DNA from: an uncultured Ruminococcus sp.
Lineage (GTDB): Bacteria > Bacillota > Clostridia > Oscillospirales > Acutalibacteraceae
NCBI GenBank assembly: GCA_902763365.1
Contig: CACWRT010000001.1
Location: 20,943-84,942, forward strand
Direction of reading: 5' to 3'
Length of the DNA stretch: 64,000 bases
The translations under genes and the position numbers were made by a program. Shown here piece after piece: positions 25,992 through 35,240 of the stretch; the first letter of the stretch is position 1, and every line of letters starts with the position of its first letter. The notes under the pieces were generated by a model. That model was not told the DNA's origin. It did not search any database and saw only the letters and a list, made by a program, of their open reading frames with translations.

Positions 25992-26804
25992 ATGAAAAGG
26001 TATGTTGCATTTTTATTGCTGGCAGGCTGTATGTTTTCTTTTTCGTCATGTACGTCAGATTCTTCACCTGAGAATGGTGAAGAAAAATCCTATGTCGAAA
26101 GCAAGTCATCGGTTGTGTCCGATACTTCGTTACAAAACACGGAATCGTCAGAGGAAGCTGCTGCTGTACAGAGTTCTGCCGAAAATTCAGAAGCAAAAAA
26201 AGAAATAATCACCGTCTGGAAAGAAGGGCTTGGAGATCCTGTGTCCTTGAATTATTCACAGGGACTTGAAAGCGGCGTTATGAGCTATAATACAACGGAC
26301 GCCGACTTGCTGAAAGAACTTACAGAAGCGCTTAAAAAGTCTGAAATAGAAAAACCGACAGAAGAACGTGTGCTTGATGATTCTCAGGAACTGACCTTCA
26401 CCTTTGAAGACGAAAGCACGTATTTTATTAAATTTGAAGGTAAAGGATTTCTTTATAATAACGATAGATATATTATAAATAACGCATCGGAAGTACAGGC
26501 GGCTCTTGATAAGATCAAACAAGCGTCTGTAAAAGACGGTACGGCAAAGGAATACAACGAATGGATAGTCAATATGGCCAGGGTGGAAGAAAGAGTTTCC
26601 CATATGTGCAGTTCAGATGAGTACGAAAATGCAGATACCGAAAAAAAGCGGGAGCTTGCTCTGGAGCTTCTCAGGCAGCTTGAAAGCGACGGACTTATAA
26701 CCAAGGGAAGTATTTATTCGTCTGATGAAATGATAAGCTATCAGTATTCGGGCGGAGGTACCGGCGGAATACAGCTGACTCAATTTGATCCGTATATGAA
26801 TTGA
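25992..26804 (+). CDS. Lipoprotein, unknown function
   Basis: MKRYVAFLLLAGCMFSFSSC signal peptide plus lipobox, then a Ser/Glu-rich linker. Confidence 0.7.
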   Translation: MKRYVAFLLLAGCMFSFSSCTSDSSPENGEEKSYVESKSSVVSDTSLQNTESSEEAAAVQSSAENSEAKKEIITVWKEGLGDPVSLNYSQGLESGVMSYNTTDADLLKELTEALKKSEIEKPTEERVLDDSQELTFTFEDESTYFIKFEGKGFLYNNDRYIINNASEVQAALDKIKQASVKDGTAKEYNEWIVNMARVEERVSHMCSSDEYENADTEKKRELALELLRQLESDGLITKGSIYSSDEMISYQYSGGGTGGIQLTQFDPYMN

Positions 26805-26972
26805 ACTGAGAGTATGACAGCAAAGAGTAACATAAAGGTAAAAGTTGTATACAAAAATAAAAATATAGTTCATAAATTTAAGCAGTTTTATATTTGTGTT
26901 TTTCGGCAAAATAAGGTAAAATATATATAGCTGTTTTTACGGCTAAAATGAATTCTGCAGGAGCTGATACGA

Positions 26973-28310
26973 TTGAAAAAAATAATATCCGTAATGTTAT
27001 CCTGTCTTATAGTTTTGTCAGCTTTTTTGCTGCCGGAAACGATATCTGCGGATGCCGCTGCTTTCAATGTGGATGTGAAGCTGAAAAGCAAATCCGTTTA
27101 TCTTGAAAATCTTGATACGGAGACTGTTGTTTTTGAACAAGAAGCAAATGCAAGACGCTTTCCTGCTTCTACTACAAAGATAATGACATATATAATTACG
27201 GCTGAAAACGTAAGTGATTACCGCCATACCTATGTTACGGTAAAAGAAAGATTGTTGAGTATGCTTGACGGAACCGGAAGTTCTGTAGCAGGTCTGAAAG
27301 CAGGAGAAAAGGTAAGTATCTACCAGCTTCTCTGCTGTCTTATGATACCATCAGGTAATGATGCTGCGCTGATACTTGCGGACTATATCGGCAACGGAAG
27401 TATAGAAAAATTTGTTGATATGATGAACGCAAAGGCAAAGGAGCTTTACTGTACGGGGACTCATTTTGCCAATCCTCACGGTCTGAATGACCCGAATCAC
27501 TATACAACTGTGGCTGATATGGCAAAAATAGCTAAGTATGCCATGACGCTGCCCGAATTCAATGAGATATCAAATATGACTGAGTCTGACTGCCTGGGAG
27601 AAGATCGCTATCTTATCACCACAAACTATATGATAGATGAGGGGCGGGGCGGAGATTATTATTATGAATATGCCGCGGGTATAAAGACAGGCGCAACAGG
27701 AAATGACTCGGGTTACTGCCTTGTTTCCACTGCCTCAAAGGGCGGATATACATATCTCTGTGTAGCATACGGCGCACCGTATGAGGATAAAAACGGAAAT
27801 GATTATGATAACGGCGCGATGATAGATTCTGTGAATCTGTATGAATGGGCTTTTGATAATCTTTCTATAAAAACAATTCTTGATAAGAATGAGCTTATGA
27901 AGGAAATCAGGATCAATTACGCATGGAATAAGGATACTATACAGCTTATCCCCGCAAGAGGTGTCACTGAGCTGATGCCCTATGATGTTACGATAGAGAG
28001 CATTGATAAAACATTCAGTGTTCCCGAAGAAATAGACGCTCCTGTAAAAGAAGGAGATAAGATCGGTACTGTGACTCTGAGCTATGCAAATCAGCAGCTT
28101 GCAACAGTTGACCTTTTAGCAGGTGAAACTGTTGAGCGAAGCGATCTTATAACAGCGGCGGACGGTCTTAAAACTATAGCTACTTCCGAATGGTTTATAA
28201 TAACCGCCTCGGTTATAGTTTTGCTTATCATAATCTATATAATAATTGTAGGCGTATATAACAGACGCAAGAAAAAATATCGCCCTGTGAAGAAATACAG
28301 AAAGTTCTGA
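26973..28310 (+). CDS. D-alanyl-D-alanine carboxypeptidase (S11, PBP5-like) with a C-terminal membrane anchor
   Basis: The SxxK (PASTTK), SGN (IPSGND) and KTG (GIKTGAT) motifs are present. A C-terminal TM helix is followed by a basic tail. TTG start after AGGAG. Confidence 0.9.
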   Translation: MKKIISVMLSCLIVLSAFLLPETISADAAAFNVDVKLKSKSVYLENLDTETVVFEQEANARRFPASTTKIMTYIITAENVSDYRHTYVTVKERLLSMLDGTGSSVAGLKAGEKVSIYQLLCCLMIPSGNDAALILADYIGNGSIEKFVDMMNAKAKELYCTGTHFANPHGLNDPNHYTTVADMAKIAKYAMTLPEFNEISNMTESDCLGEDRYLITTNYMIDEGRGGDYYYEYAAGIKTGATGNDSGYCLVSTASKGGYTYLCVAYGAPYEDKNGNDYDNGAMIDSVNLYEWAFDNLSIKTILDKNELMKEIRINYAWNKDTIQLIPARGVTELMPYDVTIESIDKTFSVPEEIDAPVKEGDKIGTVTLSYANQQLATVDLLAGETVERSDLITAADGLKTIATSEWFIITASVIVLLIIIYIIIVGVYNRRKKKYRPVKKYRKF

Positions 28311-28355
28311 TGTCTGTATCTGATTCAGTTCAATAATCTATATGAGGTGAAGGTT

Positions 28356-29147
28356 TTGTCATATCTGTATATTAAAAGAATAACAGCCGCATTGTTAACG
28401 GCTTTTACTGTGCTTTCTTTCAGCGCCTGCAATGACGTATCCGATAACGGTAAATCAGAAGATGCAGATACTGTATCCTATGAGATCAGCAAAGCCGGTG
28501 AGGTATCAAAGGAAAGCAGAATTGAAAGCAGTACTGCTTCATCACAGACTTCGTCCAAAACGGAAAGCAGCAAAACAGATACTAAAGAAGGCAAGGCTGA
28601 TTTTGAAAATATATCTTATTGGGCAAAAAAGGATAAGGATATAAAAATAACTGCGAAAGCGTCTGTGGAAAACAGCGAGCTTAAATACGCATTTTACTTC
28701 AAGAGGGCATCTAACAAAAAATGGAATCCTATTGGCGAGGAATATTCAGGCAGGAGAACTGCAAGCTTTACGGCTAAGGATGATGTAGACTATCAGGTGA
28801 AGGTCGTTATCCGTGATAAGGATAAAAATACCGTTGGAAAGGTTTTTAAGATCGACAGCAAATTTTCGGTTCTTGAGAACAGAAGCAAGATCGGAAAAAC
28901 CGAAGTAAAAAAAGGCGGCTCACTGAAGATTGCCGCAAGAGGTGAAGGCGGAACAGAGCCTTATACTTACGCATATTATTTCAAGCATAAGGATAACGAA
29001 CGCTGGGTGAAGATTGGCACAGAGTTTACCGAAAACAATTCAGCAAAATTCAAACCCACATCAGCAGATGATTATCAGCTTCGTGTTGTTGTTAAAGACA
29101 ACAACGGTCAGGCGGCAGTTAAAAAGTTTGACGTAAAGGTTGTATAA
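28356..29147 (+). CDS. Lipoprotein with two Y_Y_Y-like Ig-fold repeats
   Basis: Lipobox LSFSAC. The internal repeat is YAFYFKRASNKKWNPIGEEY...DYQVKVVIRDKD and YAYYFKHKDNERWVKIGTEF...DYQLRVVVKDNN. The start may be TTG 28356 or GTG 28347. Confidence 0.7.
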   Translation: MSYLYIKRITAALLTAFTVLSFSACNDVSDNGKSEDADTVSYEISKAGEVSKESRIESSTASSQTSSKTESSKTDTKEGKADFENISYWAKKDKDIKITAKASVENSELKYAFYFKRASNKKWNPIGEEYSGRRTASFTAKDDVDYQVKVVIRDKDKNTVGKVFKIDSKFSVLENRSKIGKTEVKKGGSLKIAARGEGGTEPYTYAYYFKHKDNERWVKIGTEFTENNSAKFKPTSADDYQLRVVVKDNNGQAAVKKFDVKVV

Positions 29148-29170
29148 CAATATAAAACTCAGTTAATAAA

Positions 29171-29206
29171 CGTTGGTATGTGATTGTCAGCATACCGGCG
29201 TTTTTT
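29171..29206 (+). terminator. Rho-independent terminator
   Basis: CGTTGGTATG-tgattgtcag-CATACCGGCG followed by TTTTTT. Confidence 0.8.
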
Positions 29207-29215
29207 ATGTCTTGA

Positions 29216-29686
29216 TCAGGAGAAGACAGATCTCATCTTACCCCCTGAAACAGTATCACAGATATCTGCGCCGATAATTTTGTTATCAAACACTATCAGA
29301 TTGAGCACAGCAGTTTTATTATAAGGCGCGGATATTATTTCATAGGTGTACAGGGTGCATTTTTGTCCGCAGTAGGGAAGGAGATCAAAACCCGAATTTT
29401 TCTGCATTTCATTATAATCTGTATATACCTTGTTGAATTTTTCGGGAATACGTACCTTTTGTATCATTGCAGGATTGGTGCTTAGCGTAAGACCAAACTG
29501 TAAGGCAAAACGTTTGTGGTCTTCCAATGAATCGGCACGGACAGAGTAGCTTTTACCGTTATATTCTATATGATCGTCCTCTTTTATCCCGCTTAATACG
29601 ATAAAAGCTGATATCATTACTGTAATGCCGATAAGGCATACAATAAGTCGTTTTCTTAATTTTTTTGTTATAAAAAAGGCTGCCAT
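29216..29686 (-). CDS. DUF4830-like membrane-anchored protein
   Basis: It has an N-terminal TM helix followed by ...IPEKFNKVYTDYNEMQKNSGFDLLPYCGQKCTLYTYEI..., the pattern I associate with DUF4830. AAGGAAA SD. The start is trimmed to 29686. Confidence 0.65.
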   Translation of the reverse strand: MAAFFITKKLRKRLIVCLIGITVMISAFIVLSGIKEDDHIEYNGKSYSVRADSLEDHKRFALQFGLTLSTNPAMIQKVRIPEKFNKVYTDYNEMQKNSGFDLLPYCGQKCTLYTYEIISAPYNKTAVLNLIVFDNKIIGADICDTVSGGKMRSVFS

Positions 29687-29839
29687 TTTATCATTTCCTT
29701 TCACAATAAAATCAAGAATATGAATCTGTATCATGTGCAAAGTTCCGAAAATAGATCGTTTCGGTTTACCTGACCTGAGGGCTGCATATAATATCAGAGC
29801 AGGCAAAAAACTGCAAATCTGTTACGAGGTGATAATATT

Positions 29840-30046
29840 ATGAAGAATAATATGTTTTATGAGGGAAGACGATCATTTGCCCCCGGAACGCCCTTTGATC
29901 CTTACGGCACAGACGACAGGCTGGGCAGCAGGAATGCCCGTGTAATGCCGACACAGTTTCTCCTGCCATATCAGCCCGTCCGTTTCAGTCTGCTGAGAAA
30001 TACCGTTCCTGATGATGAAGAGACAACGGGCAGTTTCTTCTACTGA
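29840..30046 (+). CDS. Hypothetical small protein (68 aa), uncertain
   Basis: GAGGTGA SD lies 7 nt before the ATG. A TTTACC-16 nt-TATAAT promoter candidate lies at 29765-29792. I recognise no family. Confidence 0.35.
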   Translation: MKNNMFYEGRRSFAPGTPFDPYGTDDRLGSRNARVMPTQFLLPYQPVRFSLLRNTVPDDEETTGSFFY

Positions 30047-30319
30047 GGATCGGATTTTAAGACTGACGAGATGATCTGAGTATTTTGTCATACTGAGCAG
30101 CGGCTGCGATATAAGGTCTTTTACCGGGCATAAAAGATCCGTTGCCTGCGCTCGGAATGACTCAATCTCTTTCCATACATATGCTGTTCAGTTCAGTTTT
30201 ATAATAATTTATAGTTAATAGTTTATAGCTTCGGTTGAGGGCAAGAAGATATTGCAGTGAATAAAGTGGAAAAGATAAAGCGCAAAAGTTTCGCGCAAGC
30301 CCTCGCCGGGCGGTTTTTA

Positions 30320-30348
30320 TTGTAATATTCGGAATGATGTGATATAAT
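30320..30348 (+). promoter_or_regulatory. Sigma-A-type promoter candidate for DUF951-prfA
   Basis: TTGTAA 30320-30325, a 17-nt spacer, TATAAT 30343-30348. Confidence 0.55.
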
Positions 30349-30381
30349 GGGGATGTCGGAAGACGGAAAAGAGGGATAGCT

Positions 30382-30594
30382 GTGGATGTAAGAGTAGGTG
30401 ACAGGCTTGAGATGAAAAAAGCGCATCCGTGTGGGAAGAAGGAATCAAAGCTGTTTGATGTACTGAGAGTGGGTATGGATTTTCGCATACGCTGCTGCGG
30501 GTGCGGTCACGACATAATGATAGCAAGAAGCAAGGCGGAGAAAAATATCCGCAAGATAATCAGAGGAACAGGATCGGGAGATAACAATGTTTGA
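30382..30594 (+). CDS. DUF951 family protein
   Basis: [55 protein letters not shown] matches the DUF951 pattern. GTG start. It overlaps prfA by 8 nt. Confidence 0.75.
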   Translation: MDVRVGDRLEMKKAHPCGKKESKLFDVLRVGMDFRIRCCGCGHDIMIARSKAEKNIRKIIRGTGSGDNNV

Positions 30595-31657
30595 GAAACT
30601 AAGTATTTTTGAAAATAAATATGAGGAGCTTTCCTCAAGACTGTGTGATCCTTCTGTAGCAGGTTCAGCTGAAAAATACACACAGACTATGAAGGAGCTT
30701 AAAGAGATCGAGGATGTAGCCTTGAAATATCGTGAATACAAAGCCTGCTGTGCCGAGCTTGAGGATGCAAAAGAAATGAAAGCTTCCGAAAAAGACAGCG
30801 AGCTTTCAGCTATGATAGATGAAGAGATATCTGTGCTGGAAGAAAAGCATAGTACTCTTACAGAAGAGCTGAAGCTTCTTCTTGTGCCGAAAGACCCAAA
30901 TGACGACAGAAATGTTATCGTTGAGATAAGAGGCGGCGCAGGCGGCGAAGAAGCAGCCTTGTTTGCCGCAGTGCTTTACAGAATGTACTCAATGTATGCA
31001 GCAAAAAAAGGCTGGCAAAGTGAGATAGTCAATGCCAATGAAACCGAGCTGGGCGGCTTCAAAGAAGTCAGCTTTATGCTCAGCGGCGGAGGAGCATACT
31101 CCAAAATGAAATTTGAAAGCGGAGTACATCGTGTACAGCGTGTGCCCGATACGGAAACTCAGGGACGTATACATACTTCTACAGTTACAGTGGCAGTGCT
31201 TCCGGAAGCAGAAGACGTTGAGATAGAGATCGACCCTGCCGACCTTAAAATAGACACCTTCCGCTCAAGCGGCGCAGGCGGCCAGCATATCAATAAAACC
31301 GAATCAGCAATCAGAATAACACATCTGCCTACGGGTCTTGTGGTAGAATGTCAGGATGAAAGAAGTCAGTACAAAAACAAAGACAAGGCTATGAAGGTTC
31401 TGCGTTCAAGACTTCTTGAAGCAGAACGGGAAAAGCAACACGGTCAGGTGGCACAGCAGCGCAGATCCCAGGTAGGTACAGGCGACAGAAGTGAGCGTAT
31501 ACGTACATATAACTATCCTCAGGGACGTGTGACAGATCATAGAATAGGTCTTACTCTTTACAAAATAGATGATATACTAAACGGAGATCTTGATGAAATA
31601 ATAGATTCCCTTACTGCGGCAGACAGAGCAGAAAAAATGAAAGAACAGGAAAACTGA
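30587..31657 (+). CDS. prfA: Peptide chain release factor 1
   Basis: The GGQ motif ([25 protein letters not shown]) and the PxT-region context are present. Confidence 0.97.
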   Translation: MFEKLSIFENKYEELSSRLCDPSVAGSAEKYTQTMKELKEIEDVALKYREYKACCAELEDAKEMKASEKDSELSAMIDEEISVLEEKHSTLTEELKLLLVPKDPNDDRNVIVEIRGGAGGEEAALFAAVLYRMYSMYAAKKGWQSEIVNANETELGGFKEVSFMLSGGGAYSKMKFESGVHRVQRVPDTETQGRIHTSTVTVAVLPEAEDVEIEIDPADLKIDTFRSSGAGGQHINKTESAIRITHLPTGLVVECQDERSQYKNKDKAMKVLRSRLLEAEREKQHGQVAQQRRSQVGTGDRSERIRTYNYPQGRVTDHRIGLTLYKIDDILNGDLDEIIDSLTAADRAEKMKEQEN

Positions 31658-31716
31658 GCTGAAATAATAAATCTACGACAAACAAAATTCCATCCGATCA
31701 TGAAAGGAGATAAAAA

Positions 31717-32706
31717 ATGTTCAAAAGCAAATTTACAGGAACTAAAAGAACAATTGCACTTTTTATTTGTTCATTTATCTGCATATTACTATGTATATCT
31801 CAGATCATAAGCGGTGTAAGAATGATAAAAGAAAATAATGACGCGCCGTATTTATTAACGTACAAGGATTATGACAGCTTTAAAGAAGGTCAGGTTGTGA
31901 ACGGAGTAATCACCGAATATGTTTATAGAATGGATGAAAATAGTGAAAATGGTATGACCAACAATATTGAAAGCGGCAACGGCAGCCTCATACTGTATTT
32001 TGCAAAATCCGATACGGGAAAGATAATGCTTTTTCGTGCGCCGGTGGGATCTGAACTTGCAAGTTCTATGCAGCAGCTTCATGACGGAAAGATCTCAGAG
32101 GTATATTATAAGGGTAAAGTACGTACTATGTCAGCTAAGTATTCTCAGGCCATCAAACAGGAACTGTTTTTCAAAAGATTTAATAAAGCAGTGAATATAA
32201 ATAAAAACGATGTATTTTTAGGGCTTATGATAGATATGTCCCCCACTAATGCAGCTTATTCCCAGAAGGCTATAACAGCAACATTTGTCGGCGCTGTGCT
32301 GATGTTTTTGATTGCAGGTGCGTTCTTGATAAAGCCTATAAAAAATGCAGCTGAAACCATTCTTTCGGACAAAGGCAAATATAAACCTAAGCTTGCAGTA
32401 ACAAAGGATGATCTTGAATTTGAGATGGAAGGATTCTACACAGGAAATGAACAAAAAGATGATGAATTCTTTGTAAATACGGAATATAATATCAGAAATT
32501 ACGGGGCAGTGAACAAGGATGAGGAAAGTCCTGCCGACAGATCACAGCTGCCGACAAGCAAGGACGACCCCGCTATGAACCGCGGCGAAAAAGGCGAACC
32601 CCTCTTCTATACGGGCGAGGTCAACGAAGAAGGAAACTTCTATGTGGACAGCCGCCGTGATGCAGCAACAGAGTTCGGCAAGGAATCACAGATCAAAAGA
32701 TATTGA
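31717..32706 (+). CDS. Hypothetical membrane protein (329 aa)
   Basis: Two TM helices (residues ~12-35 and ~185-205). GGAGA SD. No family recognised. Confidence 0.65.
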   Translation: MFKSKFTGTKRTIALFICSFICILLCISQIISGVRMIKENNDAPYLLTYKDYDSFKEGQVVNGVITEYVYRMDENSENGMTNNIESGNGSLILYFAKSDTGKIMLFRAPVGSELASSMQQLHDGKISEVYYKGKVRTMSAKYSQAIKQELFFKRFNKAVNINKNDVFLGLMIDMSPTNAAYSQKAITATFVGAVLMFLIAGAFLIKPIKNAAETILSDKGKYKPKLAVTKDDLEFEMEGFYTGNEQKDDEFFVNTEYNIRNYGAVNKDEESPADRSQLPTSKDDPAMNRGEKGEPLFYTGEVNEEGNFYVDSRRDAATEFGKESQIKRY

Positions 32707-32727
32707 GAATAAAAAGGACGGATAGAA

Positions 32728-33735
32728 TTGGAAACATTGATACTCGGGGTAAATGACATAGAAAAAGCAGCGGGTATAATACTTAAAGGCGGTCTTGTTG
32801 CAATGCCGACTGAAACAGTATACGGTCTTGCGGCTGACGCGCTGAACGGAGAAGCTGTAGCATCCATCTTTAAGGCAAAAGGCAGACCTATGGATAATCC
32901 TCTTATAGTACATATATCAAAGCTTTCTCAGATAGATATGCTTGTAAGCGAATTTCCCGAAAAGGCACAGCGCCTTGCGGAAAAATTCTGGCCGGGACCT
33001 CTAACTGTAATTCTGCCTAAATCCCACAGAATACCGGAGGAAGTGAGCGCGGGACTCGATACCGTTGCTGTAAGATTTCCGTCGCATCCCGTGGCACAGG
33101 CGCTTATTTCTGCATCCTGCCCCCTTGCAGCCCCGTCGGCAAATCTTTCGGGCAGTCCGAGTCCTACGACTGCCGCCCATGTTATAAGCGATATGGATGG
33201 AAGAATAGATGCGGTTCTGGACGGCGGAGAATGTTCTGTAGGCGTTGAGTCTACGGTAATAACCTTGGCAGAGGGTACGCCTAAAATCCTGCGTCCCGGC
33301 GGGATAACTGCCGAACAGATAAGCGCTGTCATCGGTGAGGTAATAATTGACAGCGCCGTAACTCAGCCATTGGGAAAAAATCAGAAAGCTGCAAGCCCCG
33401 GAATGAAGTATAAGCATTACTCCCCGAAGGCGGAGGTCATTCTTCTTGACGGAGATGATGATAAATTCTATGAATATATTCATAAACACAGTGATGACAA
33501 AACCGCTGTGTTGTGTTATAATGAGGAGGCAGACTCTTTTTCGTGTGTTAAAATCCCTATAGGCGCGAAAAACGATGATGCGGCTTATGCCTATCACCTT
33601 TTTTCTGCTTTAAGAGAAGCAGATGAAAAAAAATGCAGCAGGGTGTTTGCGCACTGCCCGAAAAAAGAAGGTATGGGACTGGCAGTTTATAACAGAATAA
33701 TCCGCGCGGCAGGTTTCAGGGTGACAAAACTATGA
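32728..33735 (+). CDS. tsaC: L-threonylcarbamoyladenylate synthase (Sua5/YwlC long form)
   Basis: AMPTETVYGLAADA, KGRPMDNPLIVH and PSANLSGSPSPTTA are present, plus a Sua5 C-terminal domain. TTG start. Confidence 0.9.
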   Translation: METLILGVNDIEKAAGIILKGGLVAMPTETVYGLAADALNGEAVASIFKAKGRPMDNPLIVHISKLSQIDMLVSEFPEKAQRLAEKFWPGPLTVILPKSHRIPEEVSAGLDTVAVRFPSHPVAQALISASCPLAAPSANLSGSPSPTTAAHVISDMDGRIDAVLDGGECSVGVESTVITLAEGTPKILRPGGITAEQISAVIGEVIIDSAVTQPLGKNQKAASPGMKYKHYSPKAEVILLDGDDDKFYEYIHKHSDDKTAVLCYNEEADSFSCVKIPIGAKNDDAAYAYHLFSALREADEKKCSRVFAHCPKKEGMGLAVYNRIIRAAGFRVTKL

Positions 33736-34373
33736 ATACATCTTTGATAATCGGACTGACAGGTCAGACGGGCGCAGGAAAAAGCTCGGTTTGCGCAGCT
33801 CTGGAAAAAACAGGCGCAGCTGTAATAAATGCCGATGCCGTTGCAAGAGAGGTAATGAAGGCGAAAAGTCCATGCCTTGTAAGCCTTGCCGAAGCCTTTG
33901 GCGAAGATGTTCTTGATAAAGACGGTAGCCTAAAAAGAGCAGTGCTTGCAAAAAAAGCTTTTTCCGACAGAGCTTCTACTGATTTGCTCAATAGTATAAC
34001 TCATCCGTTTATTATAAAAAAAACAGAGGAATATATTGATTTTTTTCGGAATAAACATTATAATATGATAATTTTTGACGCGCCGCAGCTGTTTGAAAGC
34101 GGGGGCGGTAAGCTGTGCGATATCATTGCAGTTGTAACGGCGCCATGGGAAGTCAGAAAAATGCGAATAATGAAACGGGATGGTATTGATGAAAAAGCAG
34201 CGCTGCTCCGTATGAATGCGCAGCACGATATGTCTTACTACACAGAAAAAGCAGATATTGTGCTTGACGGCTCTGAGCCGCCTGCTGAATCGGCGGATAA
34301 GCTTTCAGAGTATGTCAGGAAATTTTTGTCTGAAAAGAATCAGGCAGCGGACAGGCGGTTGAATTTTTCTTGA
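33732..34373 (+). CDS. coaE: Dephospho-CoA kinase
   Basis: The P-loop GLTGQTGAGKS is present. ATGA overlap with tsaC. Confidence 0.9.
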   Translation: MNTSLIIGLTGQTGAGKSSVCAALEKTGAAVINADAVAREVMKAKSPCLVSLAEAFGEDVLDKDGSLKRAVLAKKAFSDRASTDLLNSITHPFIIKKTEEYIDFFRNKHYNMIIFDAPQLFESGGGKLCDIIAVVTAPWEVRKMRIMKRDGIDEKAALLRMNAQHDMSYYTEKADIVLDGSEPPAESADKLSEYVRKFLSEKNQAADRRLNFS

Positions 34374-34384
34374 AATCAGAACTG

Positions 34385-34419
34385 TCATTCATTATTCTTT
34401 ATTGATTGTTAATTATTCA
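34385..34419. repeat. Degenerate heptanucleotide periodic tract (TTATTCN-like x5)
   Basis: tcattca ttattct ttattga ttgttaa ttattca, ending 7 nt before the SD of the next gene. Confidence 0.7.
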
Positions 34420-34438
34420 GGGAAATGGAGAATTGATC

Positions 34439-35209
34439 ATGAACAACAGGAATAAAAAGATAACCAAGGTATCCGAGATACCGCGTTCTTTCCCGGTAAA
34501 GACTAATAAGGTACATAGGCAGGAAAACAAATTCAAAAAAGTGATCATGGTCATTGTATGCCTGACAGCTGTATTTGTAGGAGTTTTTGTTGCCGCATTG
34601 GGACTGAAAACGGCCCACGATAAATATGTTTATTCAAGCTACCCTATGAAATATCAGAAGGAAGTTGAGCAGGCTTCCAAAAAATACGGAGTAGATAAAT
34701 TCCTGATCTATGGCGTTATAAAAACAGAAAGCAATTTTGACCCCAATGCCTTGTCGGGAGCGGGGGCTATCGGACTGATGCAGATAATGCCCGACAGCTT
34801 TGAGTGGATACAGACTTACTATGTCGACGAGGAATACGAGGATTATAAGGTCGGAGATCTTGTAAATGCCGAGATAAACATAGATTACGGTACACATCTT
34901 CTTAAACTGATGCTTGAACAGTTTGATAATGTAGAATCAACTGCGCTGTGCGCTTATAACGCAGGTCCGGGTAATGTTGAAAACTGGCTCCAGAATAAAG
35001 AATATTCGGACGACGGAAAAACTATTAAAAAAGCTCCTATTGAGGAAACAGATAATTATTTCAGACGTGTGCAGAGAAACAAGAGTATTTTCCGGAAATT
35101 ATACGAGGAAATGGACAGCGGGGGAGGCATACCTGTTGACCCGGCTGATATAGATACGGATAATTTCGATTTGGATAAAAAAGCAGAAGAGGTAAATGCG
35201 GACGATTAA
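34439..35209 (+). CDS. Membrane-anchored lytic transglycosylase (SLT domain)
   Basis: IKTESNFDPNALSGAGAIGLMQIMP...AYNAGPGNV is the SLT catalytic motif. An N-terminal TM helix is present. Confidence 0.9.
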   Translation: MNNRNKKITKVSEIPRSFPVKTNKVHRQENKFKKVIMVIVCLTAVFVGVFVAALGLKTAHDKYVYSSYPMKYQKEVEQASKKYGVDKFLIYGVIKTESNFDPNALSGAGAIGLMQIMPDSFEWIQTYYVDEEYEDYKVGDLVNAEINIDYGTHLLKLMLEQFDNVESTALCAYNAGPGNVENWLQNKEYSDDGKTIKKAPIEETDNYFRRVQRNKSIFRKLYEEMDSGGGIPVDPADIDTDNFDLDKKAEEVNADD

Positions 35210-35240
35210 GTCCGAAATTTCTAAGAAAGGAAAGATTATT

